Source of the DNA: Gemmatimonadota bacterium
Lineage (GTDB): Bacteria > Gemmatimonadota > Gemmatimonadetes > Gemmatimonadales > Gemmatimonadaceae
DNA: 64,000 nt
Assembly: GCA_031372565.1 (NCBI GenBank)
Contig: JANMLN010000055.1
Location: forward strand, 1-64,000
Direction: 5' to 3'
The first letter of the stretch is position 1; the number at the start of each line of letters is the position of its first letter. The position numbers and the translations under genes were made by a program. Shown here piece by piece: positions 58,486 through 64,000 of this stretch. The notes beneath the pieces are model-generated. The model saw nothing but the letters and a program-made list of their open reading frames with translations. It was not told the DNA's origin and ran no database searches.

Positions 58486-61400
58486 TGCTGATCGCGCCGC
58501 GCGCGCACGCGGGGCGTCGCGCGCTGGCCGTCGTGTTGCTGATGGCCGCCGTCGGGCCGGTGGCGGTCGCGCAGCAACCGATCCCGGCGCCCGCCGCAAC
58601 GCGGCGTGGGCCACAGCGTCCCGACACGGGCCGACTGGTGGAGCGCGACAGCAGTGGCCGGGTCAAGAAGCAGGAGTTGATCAAGTGGGAGGCGACCGAT
58701 TCGACCATGGACGCGCTCCTGAAGCGCCCGGGGTTCTCGGCGACCAAGTACCAGGGCGACCAGGTGACGTTCGACGCGACGAAGCGGGACCTGACGCTCG
58801 TGGGCAAGCCCGCCGGAGTGCTGCGCGTCCGTGCGCTGCTGGTGGGCACCCGCGTGGTCTACAACGACTCGACGCAGATGATCGTGGCCAAGGGCGACAC
58901 CGTGGTGCTGCGCGACCCGGATCAATCGGCCGAGGACATCGTGGTGAAGGGGGGAGGACTGCGGTACGACATCGCGGAAGCGCGCGGCGTCGCGACGGGG
59001 CTCGAGACCCGGGTGGACAATCAGGGGTCGAGCTGGGTGGTGTACGGCCATCAGGCGGCGCTGCGCAACATCGAGGATTCGACCGCCACGGATTCGCTGC
59101 AGCGCAAGCAGTCGATCTTCTACGCCAAGGACGGCACGATCACGAGCTGCGAAGACTCCCTGCCGCACTATCACTTTGCGGCCGGCGAGATGAAGGTGGT
59201 CTCGAGCGGCTTCATGGTGGGGCGGCCGGCGGTGTTGTACCTGGCCGATGTCCCGGTGGCGTGGCTCCCCTTCATCTTCCAGGACATGCGGAAGGGGCGC
59301 CGGAGCGGTGTGCTCGTGCCGCGGCTCGGGGTGAGCGAGCTGCTGCGCAACTCCGCGACGTACCAGCGGACGGTCGAGAACATCGGCTACTACTTCGCGA
59401 TGAACGACTACATGGACGCGACGGTGTGGGCCGACTGGCGCTCGGAGGCGCGGCCGCCGACGGGCGGTTTCGGGTTCAGTCGCATCTCGGGCGACTACCG
59501 GTACCGGTTGCTGTCGCGATTCATCAACGGCGGTCTTGCGGCGAGCTATCTGCGGCAGGGCGACGGATCGGCCAACACGGCGCTCCGCTTCTTCCACACG
59601 CAGAACTTCAGCCAGACCAGTGCGCTCAACGCGAACATCAACTACGTCACGAATACCACCGTCCAGCGGAACACGACGCTCGACCCGCGTCTGGTGGTCG
59701 GCAGCATCCAGTCGCAGCTCAACTACACGCGCACCGTTGGTCCCTTCAGTCTCGGGATCGGTGGCTCGCAGTCGCAGTACCCGGGCCGGCCGCAGACGGA
59801 CCGGACCTTCCCGAGCCTCAACCTGTCGACGCGGCCCATCGAGCTCGCGTCGTGGCTGACGTGGACGCCGGGCTTGAGCCTGTCGAACCAGGAAACGCTG
59901 AACCTCGATCAGGCGGGCGAGTTCTCGAAGCGGTACTTCACCAAGCCCACGGGCGGGTTGGACTCCTCGGTGATCCGTCAGAACACGCGGAACACGAGCC
60001 TCTCGTTCCAGTCCCCGCTCAAGATCGGCTCGTTCCAACTGCAACTCGGTGGGTCGCTCACGGACCGGGCGCTCGATTATCCGCAGTCGCGGATCATCGT
60101 GGACGTGAACGACACGACGAAACGGCAGACGCGTGTGTTCGCGCGGACCTTCGAGAGCGCCTTCGATTTCCAGCTGGGGTTCTCCCTGCCGGGCATCCTC
60201 CCGGGGTCGTGGAAGGTGACGCCCAACCTGTCACTGGTGAACGTTGATCCATCGCCGTTCTTCTTGCGCAACGAGCGGACGGGCGGGGCGTGGGTGTCGC
60301 AGTCGAAGAAGCTGGTCTACGGCCTGAGCATATCGCCGAATTTCTTCGGACTCTTCAACGGATTCGGCGCCGTGTCGCGCTTCCGTCACTCGATCGCGCC
60401 CACGCTGAGCTGGAATTACGCGCCCGCCGCGTCGGTGACCGACGAGTACCTCGCGGCCAAGGGGTTCACGCGCGCGACCTACCTCGGGTCGCTCGCGCAG
60501 AACGGCCTCACGCTCGGCCTCTCGCAGAACCTGGAAGCCAAGCTGCGGGCGGCCGGTGACACGGGGGAGGGCAAGAAGGTGCGCGTGCTCTCGCTCTCGT
60601 TCTCGAGCTTCAGCTACAACTTCGAGCAGTACCGTGAGCTCAAGCGGCGGCGCGAGGTCGCGGGACGGGAAGCGCCGTCGTGGACGGCCGGTCTGACGAC
60701 CGATGCGTTCAGCTTCACGGCGCGTTCGGACTTGCTGCCCGGATTCGATCTCGGCATGGACTGGTCGCTTTTCCAGGGCAGCGTGCTGAGCGATTCGGCG
60801 CTCTTCAAGCCGTACCAGACGTCGGTGCGTGCCACGCTCTCGCTCGATCGGTCGTCGCCGCTGGTGCAGCTCGGTCGTCGGATGCTCGGGCTGCGCGAAG
60901 CGCCCGAAACGGGACCGGGCACCACGGCGCCCGGGGGCGGGACGCCGGGCATGTCGCCGTCGCTCAGCGGAGGCTCCGTGATCGGCAACACGGTGCGGCC
61001 CCAGCAGTACGAGATTCCAAGCGGGCAGGGATGGCGACTCAACCTCACGTTCAGCTCGACGCGGACGCGACCGCCGGTGGGTGGCAATGTCATCACGGTC
61101 GACCCGCTCCTCGCGTGCGAGCCGTACCGCACCCTCAGCGCACAGTTGTATGACCAGTGCCGACTCAATCCGCAGAACCTGCCGCCGACCAACCCCCAGC
61201 AGGGGACGTCGCAGGGTGGCCCGGTGTTCGTGACGCCGCCGGTGACCAATGTGCAGTTCCAGTACTCGTTCAACCTCACGCCCAAGTGGGCGGCCATGTG
61301 GTCGTCGAGCTATGACGCCGAACGACAGCTGTTCGCGGCGCAGGTGGTGTCGCTCCAGCGCGACATGCACGACTGGCGCGCGACCTTCTCGTTCACACAG

Positions 61401-61508
61401 GCGCCCAACGGCAATGCCAGCTTCAGCTTCTTCATCTCGCTCAAGGCAGAGCCGGAGATCAAGTTCAACTACGACCGAAACACCCTGACGTCCCCGACAG
61501 TGCGATGA
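58485..61508 (+). CDS. Putative LPS-assembly outer-membrane protein, LptD-like
   Basis: Signal peptide, OstA-like N-terminal region, TSC...PHYHF, RRSG.L.P, beta-barrel pattern, C-terminal RDMHDW. Confidence 0.75.
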   Translation: MLIAPRAHAGRRALAVVLLMAAVGPVAVAQQPIPAPAATRRGPQRPDTGRLVERDSSGRVKKQELIKWEATDSTMDALLKRPGFSATKYQGDQVTFDATKRDLTLVGKPAGVLRVRALLVGTRVVYNDSTQMIVAKGDTVVLRDPDQSAEDIVVKGGGLRYDIAEARGVATGLETRVDNQGSSWVVYGHQAALRNIEDSTATDSLQRKQSIFYAKDGTITSCEDSLPHYHFAAGEMKVVSSGFMVGRPAVLYLADVPVAWLPFIFQDMRKGRRSGVLVPRLGVSELLRNSATYQRTVENIGYYFAMNDYMDATVWADWRSEARPPTGGFGFSRISGDYRYRLLSRFINGGLAASYLRQGDGSANTALRFFHTQNFSQTSALNANINYVTNTTVQRNTTLDPRLVVGSIQSQLNYTRTVGPFSLGIGGSQSQYPGRPQTDRTFPSLNLSTRPIELASWLTWTPGLSLSNQETLNLDQAGEFSKRYFTKPTGGLDSSVIRQNTRNTSLSFQSPLKIGSFQLQLGGSLTDRALDYPQSRIIVDVNDTTKRQTRVFARTFESAFDFQLGFSLPGILPGSWKVTPNLSLVNVDPSPFFLRNERTGGAWVSQSKKLVYGLSISPNFFGLFNGFGAVSRFRHSIAPTLSWNYAPAASVTDEYLAAKGFTRATYLGSLAQNGLTLGLSQNLEAKLRAAGDTGEGKKVRVLSLSFSSFSYNFEQYRELKRRREVAGREAPSWTAGLTTDAFSFTARSDLLPGFDLGMDWSLFQGSVLSDSALFKPYQTSVRATLSLDRSSPLVQLGRRMLGLREAPETGPGTTAPGGGTPGMSPSLSGGSVIGNTVRPQQYEIPSGQGWRLNLTFSSTRTRPPVGGNVITVDPLLACEPYRTLSAQLYDQCRLNPQNLPPTNPQQGTSQGGPVFVTPPVTNVQFQYSFNLTPKWAAMWSSSYDAERQLFAAQVVSLQRDMHDWRATFSFTQAPNGNASFSFFISLKAEPEIKFNYDRNTLTSPTVR

Positions 61509-61554
61509 GCAGCGCGCTTGTGCTGCCCGTGGCCCGCCAGCGAGCTTTCCCCCC

Positions 61555-63077
61555 ATGATGTCCCCGATGGAGATCGACGGTCGTTCGCTCACGATCGATG
61601 CCGTGCGGCGCGTGGCCGACGCGCGGGTCCCCGTGACCCTCTCCGCCGCAGCGCGCGAGCAGATGGGACGTTCGCGCGCGATCGTCGACGGGATCGTGGC
61701 GCGCAACGAGCCGGTGTACGGCGTGACGACCGGGTTCGGCAAGCTCTCGGACATCGTGATCCCGCCCGACAGGCTCGCCGAACTGCAGATCAACCTCGTG
61801 CGCAGTCACGCGGCCGGCGTGGGGCCGTTGCTTCCCGTGCGCGAAGTGCGCGCGATGATGCTGTTGCGGGCCAACGTGCTGGCCAAGGGGTTCTCCGGCG
61901 CCCGCGCGGTGCTCGTGGACCTGCTCACGGGCATGCTCAACGCCGGGATTCACCCGGAGATTCCGGAGCAGGGCAGCGTCGGCGCCAGCGGCGATCTCGC
62001 GCCGCTCGCACACCTGGCGCTGGCGCTCGTGGGTGAGGGATCGGTGGAGATGCTCGGCGTCGTTCGCCCGGCGCGCGAGGCGCTCACCGCCGCGGGACTC
62101 TCCCCGGTGCGGCTCGGTCCGAAGGAAGGGATCTCGCTCATCAACGGGACGCAGGCGCACACGGCGCTCGCGGCGCTCGCGTGGCATGACGCCATGACGC
62201 TCTGGCGGACGGCGCATGTGGCGGGCGCGTCCTCGCTCGAGGGCTTGCTCGGGACCCCCGTGGCATTCGATGCGCGCATCCACGACGCCCGAGGGCAGGC
62301 GGGGCAGTCCGAGTCGGCGGCGCTCCTCCGCGCGCTGCTGGCAGACAGCTCGATTCGCGAATCGCATCGGGTCGGCGATTCGCGGGTGCAGGATGCCTAT
62401 GCGCTGCGCTGCATGCCGCAGGTGCATGGTCCCGTGCTCGACGCGTTGCGATTCACCGGCGACATCATCGAACGCGAGCTCAACGCCGGCACCGACAATC
62501 CGCTGGTGTTCGATGACGGCACCATGCTGTCGGGGGGCAACTTCCACGGGCAGCCGGTGGCGATGGCGCTCGACCTGCTGGCGATCGTCATGACCAACCT
62601 GGCGACGATCAGCGAGCGACGCATCGATCGCCTGGTGCATCCGGACTTGAACGAGGGACTGCCGCCCTTTTTGGCGTCGGATGCCGGTGTCCGCTCGGGA
62701 CTCATGATGGCGCAGGTCACCGCCGCGGCGCTCACGAGCGAGTGCAAGGTGTTGTCGCATCCGGCGAGCGTCGATTCGATCCCGACCGACGGCAGCAAGG
62801 AAGACGTCGTGCCCATGGCCATGGGCGCCGCGTGGAAGCTCAAGCGCGTGCTGCACAACGTGCGACATGTGCTCGCGGTGGAACTGCTCGCGTCTGCGCA
62901 GGCGCTCGATTTCCGGCAGCCGCTCACCCCCGGTCGCGGCGTGCGCGTGGCGCATGCGCGCGTGCGCGAGTTGGTGGCCACGTACGACTCCGATCGCGTG
63001 CTCGGCCCCGACATCACGCGCCTCGCGGATGCGGTGGCGGCGGGACGGTTCGCGTTCGACCTCGATCAACTCTCCGC

Positions 63078-63081
<4 letters not shown>
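61555..63081 (+). CDS. hutH: Histidine ammonia-lyase
   Basis: [20 protein letters not shown] (MIO-forming ASG), QDAYALRC and GGNFHG motifs. Confidence 0.96.

Positions 63082-64000
<919 letters not shown>

Overview
A very GC-rich bacterial chromosomal segment, almost entirely coding on the + strand and mostly housekeeping. Gene content and protein style suggest the phylum Gemmatimonadota; this is my inference, not a database result. The first third holds an A-type Fe-S carrier, a NamZ-like muramidase, an inositol-phosphate synthase with a PIP-synthase-like transferase, 2-oxoacid dehydrogenase E1a/E1b/E2 interleaved with small hypothetical genes, a PHP/SDR/Cys-rich hypothetical/trxB/MBL run, an aspartase/fumarase, tRNA-Leu(CAG), smpB, an amidase, pyrD and a C-terminally truncated pyrF. 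The middle holds the alpha operon (rpmJ-rpsM-rpsK-rpsD-rpoA-rplQ) with rpmB, a nucleotide-sugar cluster (gmd, rmd-like, wbpDBEA-like, ugd, uxs) with carB embedded in it, then bamD, nadD and secA. The last third holds two paralogous DUF4384-like genes, radC, rel, uvrB, tsaE-tsaB-rimI, ssb, a LysM protein, tol-pal, tatC, an LptD-like gene, hutH and the start of hutU. I found no transposase, integrase, phage, cas or defence gene. The main non-routine observations are: (1) one short palindromic repeat family (TGTCRTCCTGAGCGMAGCGAAGGA) present in three architectures, as an inverted pair, a 34-bp tandem array, and an in-frame 36-bp duplication inside a lipoprotein signal region; (2) an abrupt junction that truncates pyrF directly upstream of a promoter and structured leader for rpmJ; (3) a probable inositol-lipid pathway; (4) an uncharacterised Rossmann/Cys-His protein next to a pteridine-reductase-like SDR with His in place of the catalytic Tyr; (5) several apparently leaderless genes. 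I did not find a clearly novel multi-gene system.
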